Shown: positions 18,511 to 26,845 of the stretch, piece by piece
Position numbering within the stretch: position 1 is the stretch's first letter
How the letters are laid out: every line of letters begins with the position of its first letter
Origin: Pyrinomonadaceae bacterium
GTDB lineage: Bacteria; Acidobacteriota; Blastocatellia; Pyrinomonadales; Pyrinomonadaceae
Assembly: GCA_043740295.1 (NCBI GenBank)
Contig: JAYUCO010000025.1
Location: 2,741-66,740, forward strand
Length of the DNA stretch: 64,000 nt
Direction of reading: 5' to 3'
Notes under the pieces: model-generated
The model's input: only the letters and a program-made list of their open reading frames with translations
The model's database searches: none
What the model was told of the DNA's origin: nothing
Position numbers and translations under genes: made by a program

Positions 18511-19707
18511 ATGTTCCGCCGTATTTATCTTGATAACAGTGCAACAACGCAGCCTGACGCCGAAGTATTCGAGGCTATGCTTCCCTGGCTGACCGAGAAA
18601 TTTGGCAATGCGTCGAGCATTCATTTTTTCGGTCAGGAAGCACGCGGTGCAGTTGATAAAGCCCGGCATCAGGTAGCCGAGTTAATAAACGCGAGGCCAA
18701 ACGAGATAGTCTTTACATCCGGCGGCACCGAATCAAACAATCTGGCTGTCCGCGGACTTTTGGAAAGTCTTAACGCCGGCTCCCAGTCGACAAAACGCCA
18801 CATCATTACCTCCGCCATCGAACATTCAGCCGTCCTCAATGTCTGTGAAGACCTTGAAAAACAAGGTTACGATGTTACTTATCTGCCTGTTTACGGCGAC
18901 GGCATCGTCCGTCTCGAAGACCTAAAAAAATCTATCCGCGACGATACGGTTTTAATCTCGATCATGACTGCGAACAACGAGATCGGTACGATCCAGCCGG
19001 TCGAGGAGATTGGCAAACTCGTCCGCGAAAGACGCGAAAGCGGCAATAAACTATGGTTTCACACCGATGCGGTGCAGGCGGTGGGCAAAGTCCCGGTAGA
19101 TGTCGAGGCCCTGGGCTGCGATATGCTATCAATTTCGGCCCACAAAATATACGCCCCAAAAGGCATCGGGGCTTTATACGTTCGTCGCGGTGTGCGTCTT
19201 CATCCGCAAAATATCGGCGGGCATCAGGAACGCGAACGGCGCGGTGGCACCGAACCTGTGCCGCACATCGTCGCATTTGGAAAGGCCTGCGAACTGGCTA
19301 AAACGCGATTGGAGGACGGCATAAGTGAATTGGCGGCAATACGGGATGCTTTCGAACATGGCGTCTGCGAAAGGATCTCCGATCTCGTCATGAACGGCGA
19401 TCATGCCAAACGCCTTCCAAATATCTCAAATATTTCCTTTCGTTTCATTGAAGGCGAAGGCTTGCTCATCAATCTCGACATGCAGGGCATTGCCGTTTCG
19501 ACCGGTTCCGCCTGCTCGTCCGGTTCGCTCGAACCATCGCCTGTTATTCGCGCACTCGGCAGAAACGACGAACTTGCACGCGGAGCCATCCGGTTTAGCT
19601 TTGGAAAAAATAATACGATGGAAGACGTGGACCACGTCCTTGAGATATTGCCAAAATCGGTGGAAAACCTAAGAAAGCTTTCTCCGCAATATGTTAAAGC
19701 GGCTTAG
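18511..19707 (+). CDS. cysteine desulfurase (NifS/IscS class V aminotransferase)
   Basis: The motifs YLDNSATT, SAHKIYAPKGIGALY (PLP lysine) and STGSACSSG (active-site Cys) are present. Confidence 0.85.
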   Translation: MFRRIYLDNSATTQPDAEVFEAMLPWLTEKFGNASSIHFFGQEARGAVDKARHQVAELINARPNEIVFTSGGTESNNLAVRGLLESLNAGSQSTKRHIITSAIEHSAVLNVCEDLEKQGYDVTYLPVYGDGIVRLEDLKKSIRDDTVLISIMTANNEIGTIQPVEEIGKLVRERRESGNKLWFHTDAVQAVGKVPVDVEALGCDMLSISAHKIYAPKGIGALYVRRGVRLHPQNIGGHQERERRGGTEPVPHIVAFGKACELAKTRLEDGISELAAIRDAFEHGVCERISDLVMNGDHAKRLPNISNISFRFIEGEGLLINLDMQGIAVSTGSACSSGSLEPSPVIRALGRNDELARGAIRFSFGKNNTMEDVDHVLEILPKSVENLRKLSPQYVKAA

Positions 19708-19715
19708 CTCACAGA

Positions 19716-20003
19716 TCAGCTAATGTCGGCGGGAATCTTATAAGTGAGATTTTTTGCGGCTTGTGTGAGCAGCCAATTATTTTGGTTTTTCTTGACCGCT
19801 TCTTGAAAATAGGCTATTGATTCGATCGCTTCGGACTTTTCCTTACATTTAACAAAACCGGCTGTTATAGCATTAAATACGATATTTATCGGAATCCCTT
19901 CTTTTTCCCATTCGGCGATCAATGTATAATCCGTCGGATTCAAGATACCTATTGATGGTACTCGGGCAAGAAAAAAATCCGCGATTTCTGTAACGTAACT
20001 CAT
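19716..20003 (-). CDS. hypothetical 95-aa protein (weak DnaD-domain-like pattern)
   Basis: LNPTDYTLIAEWEKEGIPINIVFNAI...YFQEAVKKNQNNW resembles the DnaD/DnaB_2 repeat pattern. This is a low-confidence assignment from memory. Confidence 0.35.
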   Translation of the reverse strand: MSYVTEIADFFLARVPSIGILNPTDYTLIAEWEKEGIPINIVFNAITAGFVKCKEKSEAIESIAYFQEAVKKNQNNWLLTQAAKNLTYKIPADIS

Positions 20004-20015
20004 ACACTTGCTTCC

Positions 20016-20053
20016 AAAAAAAAAGCAGCCTGCCGGTCTCCCGGTAAGGCTGC
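20016..20053 (-). terminator. rho-independent terminator of the GVITAG-repeat gene
   Basis: On the minus strand a GCAGCCT...AGGCTGC hairpin is followed by T9. Confidence 0.8.
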
Positions 20054-20090
20054 TCCACGTAAATCTACCCCCCCAAGCTTGATACCTGGA

Positions 20091-20423
20091 TTAGCCCGCA
20101 GTTATAACACCACAATTTACCGAAGGAGATGTGCCAGCAAATCCGGCAGTGATGACTCCAGCAAATCCTGCAGTAATGACTCCTGCAAATCCTGCTGTGA
20201 TAACTCCTGCAAATCCCGCAGTGATAACTCCAGCAAAGCCCGCAGTAATTACGCCGTCTCTAGATGTTTCAGATGTACAGGACTCTGATTTGACCGTTGT
20301 TCTTGCTACAGTTGCATCCGAAGTGCGTCCCGCTGTAATTACACCTGCGTTAGCAAAAGTTGTCCCTAATGTGACGATGGTTACCAATGTTATCCAACCA
20401 AAAATAATTTTTAAGTTTCTCAT
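20091..20423 (-). CDS. small secreted repeat protein with seven GVITAG motifs, five of them in tandem GVITAGFA units
   Basis: A signal peptide is present (MRNLKIIFGWITLVTIVTLGTTFANA|G). An AGGA SD precedes the start and the gene has its own terminator. All variation between repeat units is synonymous in this frame. Confidence 0.75.
   Translation of the reverse strand: MRNLKIIFGWITLVTIVTLGTTFANAGVITAGRTSDATVARTTVKSESCTSETSRDGVITAGFAGVITAGFAGVITAGFAGVITAGFAGVITAGFAGTSPSVNCGVITAG
20134..20253 (-). repeat. five tandem 24-bp coding repeats
   Basis: Units start at 20134, 20158, 20182, 20206 and 20230. Each encodes VITAGFAG on the minus strand. Confidence 0.9.
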
Positions 20424-20841
20424 GTTTGTTCCTTTATGTTTATTAAAATTAAAGCTTCCTGCTTTGCGTTGCTCTTTTTATTACAAGCACCGTGCCATGA
20501 GATATTCTGACGTTGCATGATCTTTTAATATCAATGAGATCAACAGTTACGGGTTCTCTTCAATGTTAGGATACACGTATCTCAGGATACGGATTAAGTG
20601 TATACATCATTATCATTTAATAGTAAGTCCTTTATTTTCAATATTTAATAATTTGGATAGTAAATATGCATAAAAATGCTTACCTGCTATACAAATCTCG
20701 TTGAAAGTTAGTTTTTTAGTAGATTTTTTTCTTTTAATGGTGTTAAACTTTGTTGTCTGGCGTTATTGCCTCCTTATATTTTTTTTGCAGGACGTATGTT
20801 CTCTTGAAAATCCCCCCTAAAACTCGCTTCCTAAACTAATT

Positions 20842-23091
20842 ATGAACAGAAAAAAACTGTCTGATTACTACAAGGCAATAATCATTGCCCTGGGAGTTAT
20901 ATGTCTGGGGTGGGCTCTATTTGCATTACCGGGACCGGCCTATAGTTTGGGCTATCTCTTTCTTTTGATATTTTCTGTTCTCGTTTCCCCACGTCTCAGC
21001 CTTATTCTTCCCCGTTCAAGGGTCACGGTAAGTTTTTCCGACGCTGTTATCTTCCTATGTTTCTTAATATATGGCGGCGAGGCGGCGATAGTTGCCGCTT
21101 CGCTCGAAATGCTTGCTAACTGTTATTACATTAAGTGGAAAGAGCTGATGGTTTTTGGCAGATATATGATTCTGACCAATACTTTTATTGCTTCGATTTC
21201 GGTCACCGCCACTTATTTTGTATGGCAGATATTTTCATTTCTGACCGGCATTGAAATAATGTCATCGAACACGCGACAGCTGATCGCAAGCCTTGGAGTA
21301 TTGGCAGTAACGCATTTTTTGGTTTCCACATATTTAGGGGCCATGGTTCAGGTTTTCAAGGAAAACAGCCTGAAATTATGGGACACTTGGAAAAAACACT
21401 ACTTTTCCATCTCAATGACGCACATAGTTGGGGCCGGCTTGGCCGGGATGATCTACAAGCTGATAAATTATGGTGACATATTTACCGCTGCGGTCGCATT
21501 TCTTGCTCTTGGGATCATATATTTGAATTATCGCCAGTCGATCGGAGAGATAAATGACGCGGTTGAAAACTTTGAAAAGGCTGAACGCGACAAATCCGCT
21601 GCCGAACGCGAACGCCGAAAGGAAGCGGAGCGCCACTCGGAACAGCTTTCTATTTCTCTTAAAAAGGAAGAACTTGCCAACGATGCCCTTCGGCAAAGCG
21701 AAAAAGACCTGCAATATGCCGCCTTGTACGATTCACTCACCGGCCTCGCCAATCGCAAGCATTTTGGCGATATTCTGCGTAATTTGATCGATGAATACAA
21801 GGAAAATCCCTCGATCAATTTTCAGGTCCTATTTCTCGACATCCGCAGCTTTAAGAACATCAATGACAGCTTGGGCCACACTATTGGCGACAAGGTTTTG
21901 GCGATAGCCGCAAAACGTTTTGTCCGGATGCTTAATCCAGGCGACACCGTCGCCCGGATCGGAGGAGATGAATTTGCGATCATCCTTCGCAATCTGACAA
22001 CGGTCGGCAAGGCTCAAAAGGTCGCCCGCCGCATATATCAAAGCATTACCCAGCCTTTCGCCCTCAGCGGAAACAACATTTTGATCGACGTCAATATCGG
22101 CATTGCACCGTGCGACGCCGAGTACGACACGCCAGAAGAAATTTTACGCGATGCGGACATAGCGATGCATTACGCCAAGGAAACAAATGACGGTCTGGCG
22201 GTTTTCACGCGAGAATTGCGCACGCGTTTTCTCGAACGGGTGCGGTTCGAAATTGATCTCCGCAACGCTATCGACCGCGAAGAACTTTCGATGCATTACC
22301 AGCCGATCATATCGCTCGGCGACGGCCAACTTGTCGGTTTCGAGGCCCTTCTCAGGTGGCACCACAGCGAATTCGGCCTTATTCCGCCAAACAAATTTAT
22401 TCCAATTGCCGAACAAGCCGGATTGATCCAGCCGATCACCGTTTGGATATTGCGCGAGACGTGCAAACAGTTGGCGGAGTGGCAAAGAATATCCGCCGAA
22501 TACGTAAATTTGATGATGAGCGTGAACATTTCAGGCAAGCATCTTTCAAATAACGATTTGATAGAGGATGTAAGTTACGCTCTCGAAAAATCGAAACTCC
22601 GCCCCGAAACACTTAAGCTTGAGATCACCGAAAGCTCCGCCATGGAAAATGCGGAACATACGATAAATATGCTGCATAAGCTAAAGCAGCTCGGCGTGCA
22701 GTTGAGCATTGACGATTTCGGCACCGGATATTCGTCGCTCAGCTACCTGCACCGGCTGCCGTTCGATACATTAAAGATCGACCGTTCATTCGTATCGCGG
22801 GTCGGCGAACACGGCGAGAATTCCGAGATCCTGCAAACGATCATTTCGCTCGCCAAGAACTTGAAAATGCGCGTCATCGCCGAAGGCATCGAGACTGAGC
22901 CGCAGCTTGCCGTTCTGCAAAATCTCGGATGCGATTACGGCCAGGGATATTTGATGGCAAAGCCCAAAAACAGGAACGAAACGGAAACACTGCTTTACCG
23001 CCGCCCGAATTGGCTGCCTTTTGGGACCGGAACGGAATTCGAATCTTCAAAAGAAAGTGACCGAGTGGAAGAAGTGTTACCGGTATTTTAA
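20842..23091 (+). CDS. membrane-bound GGDEF-EAL protein (diguanylate cyclase / phosphodiesterase)
   Basis: The N-terminus has 6-7 TM helices, followed by a coiled coil. The motifs RIGGDEFAI, EALLRW, KLEITES and DDFGTGYSS are present. Confidence 0.9.
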   Translation: MNRKKLSDYYKAIIIALGVICLGWALFALPGPAYSLGYLFLLIFSVLVSPRLSLILPRSRVTVSFSDAVIFLCFLIYGGEAAIVAASLEMLANCYYIKWKELMVFGRYMILTNTFIASISVTATYFVWQIFSFLTGIEIMSSNTRQLIASLGVLAVTHFLVSTYLGAMVQVFKENSLKLWDTWKKHYFSISMTHIVGAGLAGMIYKLINYGDIFTAAVAFLALGIIYLNYRQSIGEINDAVENFEKAERDKSAAERERRKEAERHSEQLSISLKKEELANDALRQSEKDLQYAALYDSLTGLANRKHFGDILRNLIDEYKENPSINFQVLFLDIRSFKNINDSLGHTIGDKVLAIAAKRFVRMLNPGDTVARIGGDEFAIILRNLTTVGKAQKVARRIYQSITQPFALSGNNILIDVNIGIAPCDAEYDTPEEILRDADIAMHYAKETNDGLAVFTRELRTRFLERVRFEIDLRNAIDREELSMHYQPIISLGDGQLVGFEALLRWHHSEFGLIPPNKFIPIAEQAGLIQPITVWILRETCKQLAEWQRISAEYVNLMMSVNISGKHLSNNDLIEDVSYALEKSKLRPETLKLEITESSAMENAEHTINMLHKLKQLGVQLSIDDFGTGYSSLSYLHRLPFDTLKIDRSFVSRVGEHGENSEILQTIISLAKNLKMRVIAEGIETEPQLAVLQNLGCDYGQGYLMAKPKNRNETETLLYRRPNWLPFGTGTEFESSKESDRVEEVLPVF

Positions 23092-23349
23092 TTCCTGCGT
23101 TGGCTCCCGCTCTTAATTAACCATCTATTGTCAATGATTTATGTCCTTAAGCTCCAAACCTATTGTCGCGGCTTCGCCTTCACCATAAACTTTAATGTCC
23201 AACACCTTTCGAGAAACCTGACACAAGGCCGCAAACATATGTAATTTAACCCCGGCCAAAACCCAAATTTCCTCTCTCCAGACTCGCAAAATAAAATGCA
23301 TTGCCTTTATAATCATTGAAAATACTTTCAATGAGGTGAACAACGCATA

Positions 23350-25464
23350 ATGATAAAAAGTTTTTCTTTGGTTCTGTTGGTTCTTTCCTTACTTATTCTG
23401 AACGTTTCCGCTCAAACTGCATTTGACTACCCGAATCCGCGAAAGGGCGATCAGGTTGATAATTATCACGGCACCATGGTCAGCGACCCATATCGCTGGA
23501 TGGAGGACACAAAACAGCCGGAGGTCCAGTCCTGGATCGCGGCGGAGAATAAATTGACCGCTTCGTATCTTGATACGATCCCGCAGCGGGATGCGATCAA
23601 GGCCCGCCTCACCGAGCTTTGGAATTACGAGCGTTTCTCGTCGCCGTCGAAGGTCGGCAAAAAGTATATTTTCTCAAAAAACGATGGCCTGCAGAATCAA
23701 AGCGTAATGTATATCGCTGATTCGCTGGACGATCCCGGCCACGTTTTCTTCGATCCGAACAAACTGGCCGCCGACGGCACCGCCGCACTGAACGGCTCGT
23801 CGTTTACGGACGACGGCAAGCTCTGGGCCTATGGTGTCGCCGTTGCGGGTTCCGACCGTACCGAATGGAAGATACTCGATGTCGAGACCGGCAAATATCT
23901 GCCCGACACGCTGCGGCCAAACCGCCAGGGCGGGATTTCGTGGCTGAATGACAATTCCGGTTTTTATTACAGCCGTTTCCCGGACGCTCAGGAAGGCGCC
24001 GAATTAAAAGGCAGCAATTTCTATCAAAAGCTTTATTTTCATAAATTAGGAACGCCGCAGTCCGATGATTATGTTGTTTACGAACGGCCCGACAACAAGG
24101 AATTTTTCGTCAGCGGCGGTGTTACGGAAGACGGCAAATGGCTGATAATCAGCGTCGGCAAAGGTACTTCACCAAAGAACATGGTGTTTTTCAAAAGCCT
24201 TGCGAAGGAAAAATCACCTATCGTCCCGCTCGTCAGCGATCTCGAAGGCAATTATTCGTTTCTCGGGAACGACGGCCCGGTCTTCTACTTCACCACAGAT
24301 AAGGGAGCGTCTCGAGGCAAGCTCGTTTCGGTCAATGTTCTCGCCCGTTCGCAGAGTTGGAAAGACATTGTGCCTCAATCCGCTGAAACGCTGCAAAGCG
24401 TTGATTTCATCAACAATCAATTTGTACTTAATTATTTAAAGGACGCATATTCGCAAATTAAGATCGTTGATACAAAAGGCAAATTTGTCCGTGATGTAAA
24501 ATTGCCGGGCATCGGTTCCGCTGGCGGCTTTGGCGGTAAACGGTACGATACGGAAACTTTCTATTCGTATTCGAGCTACAATGCACCGCCGACCATCTAC
24601 CGCTACGACATGAAAACCGGCAACAGCACGCTTTTCCGTCAGGCAAAGGTAAAGTTCGATGCCTCGTCCATCGAGGTCAAACAGGTTTTCTACACCAGCA
24701 AGGACGGAACGAAGGTCCCGATGTTCATCGTCGCCAAAAAAGGCATCAAGCTCGACGGCAACAATCCGACATTGCTTTATGCATACGGCGGTTTCAATAT
24801 TCCTTCGACACCCGGATTCTCGGTCGCAAGACTGCCGTGGCTTGAAATGGGCGGCGTTTTCGTGGTCGCGAATATCCGCGGCGGCAGCGAATACGGCGAA
24901 GCCTGGCACGAAGCCGGCACAAAGCTCAAAAAACAGAATGTCTTTGACGATTTCATCGGCGCCGCCGAATGGCTGATCGCCAATAAATACACGCAGTCAT
25001 CAAAATTGGCGATACAGGGCGGTTCGAATGGCGGTCTGCTTATCGGTGCGGTCCTCAATCAGCGTCCCGACCTGTTCGGTGCCGCTTTGCCCGCCGTCGG
25101 CGTGATGGACATGCTCCGCTTCCCTAAATTCACCATCGGCTGGGCGTGGACGTCCGATTACGGTTCACCCGAAAACGCTGACGAATTTAAAGCTCTTTAC
25201 GCCTATTCGCCTTTGCATAACGTCAAACCGGGAACAAAATACCCGGCGACATTGGTAACTACATCTGACCATGACGACCGCGTATTCCCCGCCCACAGCT
25301 TCAAATACACGGCCGCGATGCAGTCCGCTCAGGCAGGTAATTCACCTGTGCTGATCCGCATAGAGACCAATGCCGGCCACGGAGCAGGTAAACCGACGAC
25401 GAAACAGATCCAGGAACAGACCGATATCTACGGATTTCTGGTAAAAAGTCTCGACGTGAAGTAA
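23350..25464 (+). CDS. prolyl oligopeptidase (S9A family), secreted
   Basis: A signal peptide is present. The N-terminal motif is DPYRWMED, the nucleophile motif is GGSNGGLL, and the C-terminal Asp and His contexts are DHDDRV and AGHG. Confidence 0.9.
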   Translation: MIKSFSLVLLVLSLLILNVSAQTAFDYPNPRKGDQVDNYHGTMVSDPYRWMEDTKQPEVQSWIAAENKLTASYLDTIPQRDAIKARLTELWNYERFSSPSKVGKKYIFSKNDGLQNQSVMYIADSLDDPGHVFFDPNKLAADGTAALNGSSFTDDGKLWAYGVAVAGSDRTEWKILDVETGKYLPDTLRPNRQGGISWLNDNSGFYYSRFPDAQEGAELKGSNFYQKLYFHKLGTPQSDDYVVYERPDNKEFFVSGGVTEDGKWLIISVGKGTSPKNMVFFKSLAKEKSPIVPLVSDLEGNYSFLGNDGPVFYFTTDKGASRGKLVSVNVLARSQSWKDIVPQSAETLQSVDFINNQFVLNYLKDAYSQIKIVDTKGKFVRDVKLPGIGSAGGFGGKRYDTETFYSYSSYNAPPTIYRYDMKTGNSTLFRQAKVKFDASSIEVKQVFYTSKDGTKVPMFIVAKKGIKLDGNNPTLLYAYGGFNIPSTPGFSVARLPWLEMGGVFVVANIRGGSEYGEAWHEAGTKLKKQNVFDDFIGAAEWLIANKYTQSSKLAIQGGSNGGLLIGAVLNQRPDLFGAALPAVGVMDMLRFPKFTIGWAWTSDYGSPENADEFKALYAYSPLHNVKPGTKYPATLVTTSDHDDRVFPAHSFKYTAAMQSAQAGNSPVLIRIETNAGHGAGKPTTKQIQEQTDIYGFLVKSLDVK

Positions 25465-25471
25465 TATCCCA

Positions 25472-25526
25472 AGTTCAAGCTTCAGCTTGTTTTTGCTCCC
25501 GCGAAGATAAAGCTGAAGCTTGAACT
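25472..25526. terminator. long hairpin between convergent genes (bidirectional terminator)
   Basis: A 17-bp perfect stem (AGTTCAAGCTTCAGCTT / AAGCTGAAGCTTGAACT) encloses a 21-nt loop. Confidence 0.7.
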
Positions 25527-25541
25527 AAAACGGTGATGTCG

Positions 25542-26513
25542 TTATACACGCTTTGGCGGGATCTTGCTCATTGAGACCTTCCATTTTGTAATATCGATCG
25601 GCCCATTTGCATGAAGCTGCAGCCGATCAAGCCATGGCTGGGCATTTTCCGGGGCAAATTTCACCCCGTATCCCATCACATTTTCTGCATCGCCACCCGA
25701 CCCGTAATATCCGTAACAAGTGGCTCCGTTAGAACCGCCTTTGAGCAATGCCGGAACATAATCTGCCGGAAGCCATTTGTCGGCCACAATAGCCAGCGAA
25801 CAATTTGGAAGGCCGCGTATCACACCTATGTGCGGCAGCCCGATCGCATGTCCTACTTCATGGATGACCGTGTAATGCTCATGCGACTGCCACTGCATAT
25901 TCATATCCTGGCTCCAGGCTTGTGTGCTCCCGACATCTTTCGAATCATACAGTCCTTCGTGTGAACGAAAGGTAGAGGATGTCGCATTCGGCGAAAAAAG
26001 ATTGACCACATCTATAGTGCGGTGCGACGTTCCGATCGATGCGACCACTTCGACCCAAAATTCACAGCAGATATTTGCCCGATACGTCAACCCGGCGAAT
26101 TTAGTATCAAAAAGTGTAAAATCAGCGGGTGGTATCAGCCAAAATTTGCGATTCCAGGACATCGCCTGAGATTTGAATTTATTTACAAAATTTTGCCAGT
26201 CTGTGCCGCGCCAATCCGCAATTAACTGAGGATTGCTGTCGGCATCGGGATAAAATCCGACATTGCCCTTGTTATTTAATTTGACCCCCAACAGTTTTGC
26301 GATGCCCTCCGCAATTGCCGCATTTAGTTGATTGGGTGTTATCGGATTTAAGAAAAGCCGCAATGCTATCCGTATCCGGTGATTGATACCTGCATGAGTA
26401 GTGAGTTTGATCGAGGAATCAAACGCTGAATCATACTTGCCTTCCGGAGCAGCTGTGATCCTTTCAATAATTGGTGAGCCGGCGACCGCACCTGTCTTTG
26501 TTAACTTTGCCAT
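25542..26513 (-). CDS. metzincin-type zinc metallopeptidase with an unknown N-terminal region of about 215 aa and no signal peptide
   Basis: The HEVGHAIGLPH motif (HExxHxxGxxH) is present, with ENVMGYG downstream. A strong SD (GGGAGGAG) precedes the start. Confidence 0.7.
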   Translation of the reverse strand: MAKLTKTGAVAGSPIIERITAAPEGKYDSAFDSSIKLTTHAGINHRIRIALRLFLNPITPNQLNAAIAEGIAKLLGVKLNNKGNVGFYPDADSNPQLIADWRGTDWQNFVNKFKSQAMSWNRKFWLIPPADFTLFDTKFAGLTYRANICCEFWVEVVASIGTSHRTIDVVNLFSPNATSSTFRSHEGLYDSKDVGSTQAWSQDMNMQWQSHEHYTVIHEVGHAIGLPHIGVIRGLPNCSLAIVADKWLPADYVPALLKGGSNGATCYGYYGSGGDAENVMGYGVKFAPENAQPWLDRLQLHANGPIDITKWKVSMSKIPPKRV

Positions 26514-26845
26514 ATCATCTACTCCTCCCTAATAATTCCATGACGCTCCCCGAACATTTTTTTTGCAAAACTGCCGGAGTATCATCTCCACAACCTTAGC
26601 GCGGGACGTTTTAGTTCGGCTACGACTGTTTTGACGGAAACCGGTATTTGGAATAATTGGAATGATATGAATGATCTGGATGAACGGAATAGATCGCATG
26701 GCTCTCATCCGGGCCGGAATAATGCCGTAAACAGTTTTTTCTGGCCCGAAAAAACCTTTGACCAATGTGGTAAAAACCTCTACCAATAACGGGCGGGTGA
26801 TTTACCTATCTGCCAAAAACACTGGAGCAAAAACCGAATATATTT

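Noticed and set aside
20131-20520. A 129-aa plus-strand ORF (PANPAVMT repeats) overlaps the 24-bp repeat region.
   Set aside because: The differences between repeat units are all synonymous on the minus strand, but they change residues (M/I, N/K) in this frame. The minus-strand ORF also has a signal peptide, an SD and its own terminator. The plus-strand ORF is a shadow.
25019-25035. The sequence GGTTCGAATGG resembles a tRNA T-arm.
   Set aside because: It lies inside the S9 peptidase gene, where it encodes the GGSNGG nucleophile motif. No acceptor or anticodon arms can be built around it.
26529-26786. An 85-aa minus-strand ORF lies in the 330-nt region upstream of the metzincin gene.
   Set aside because: It has no SD and an odd composition (IIHIIPIIP). 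It overlaps the probable promoter or leader, and nothing supports it as coding.
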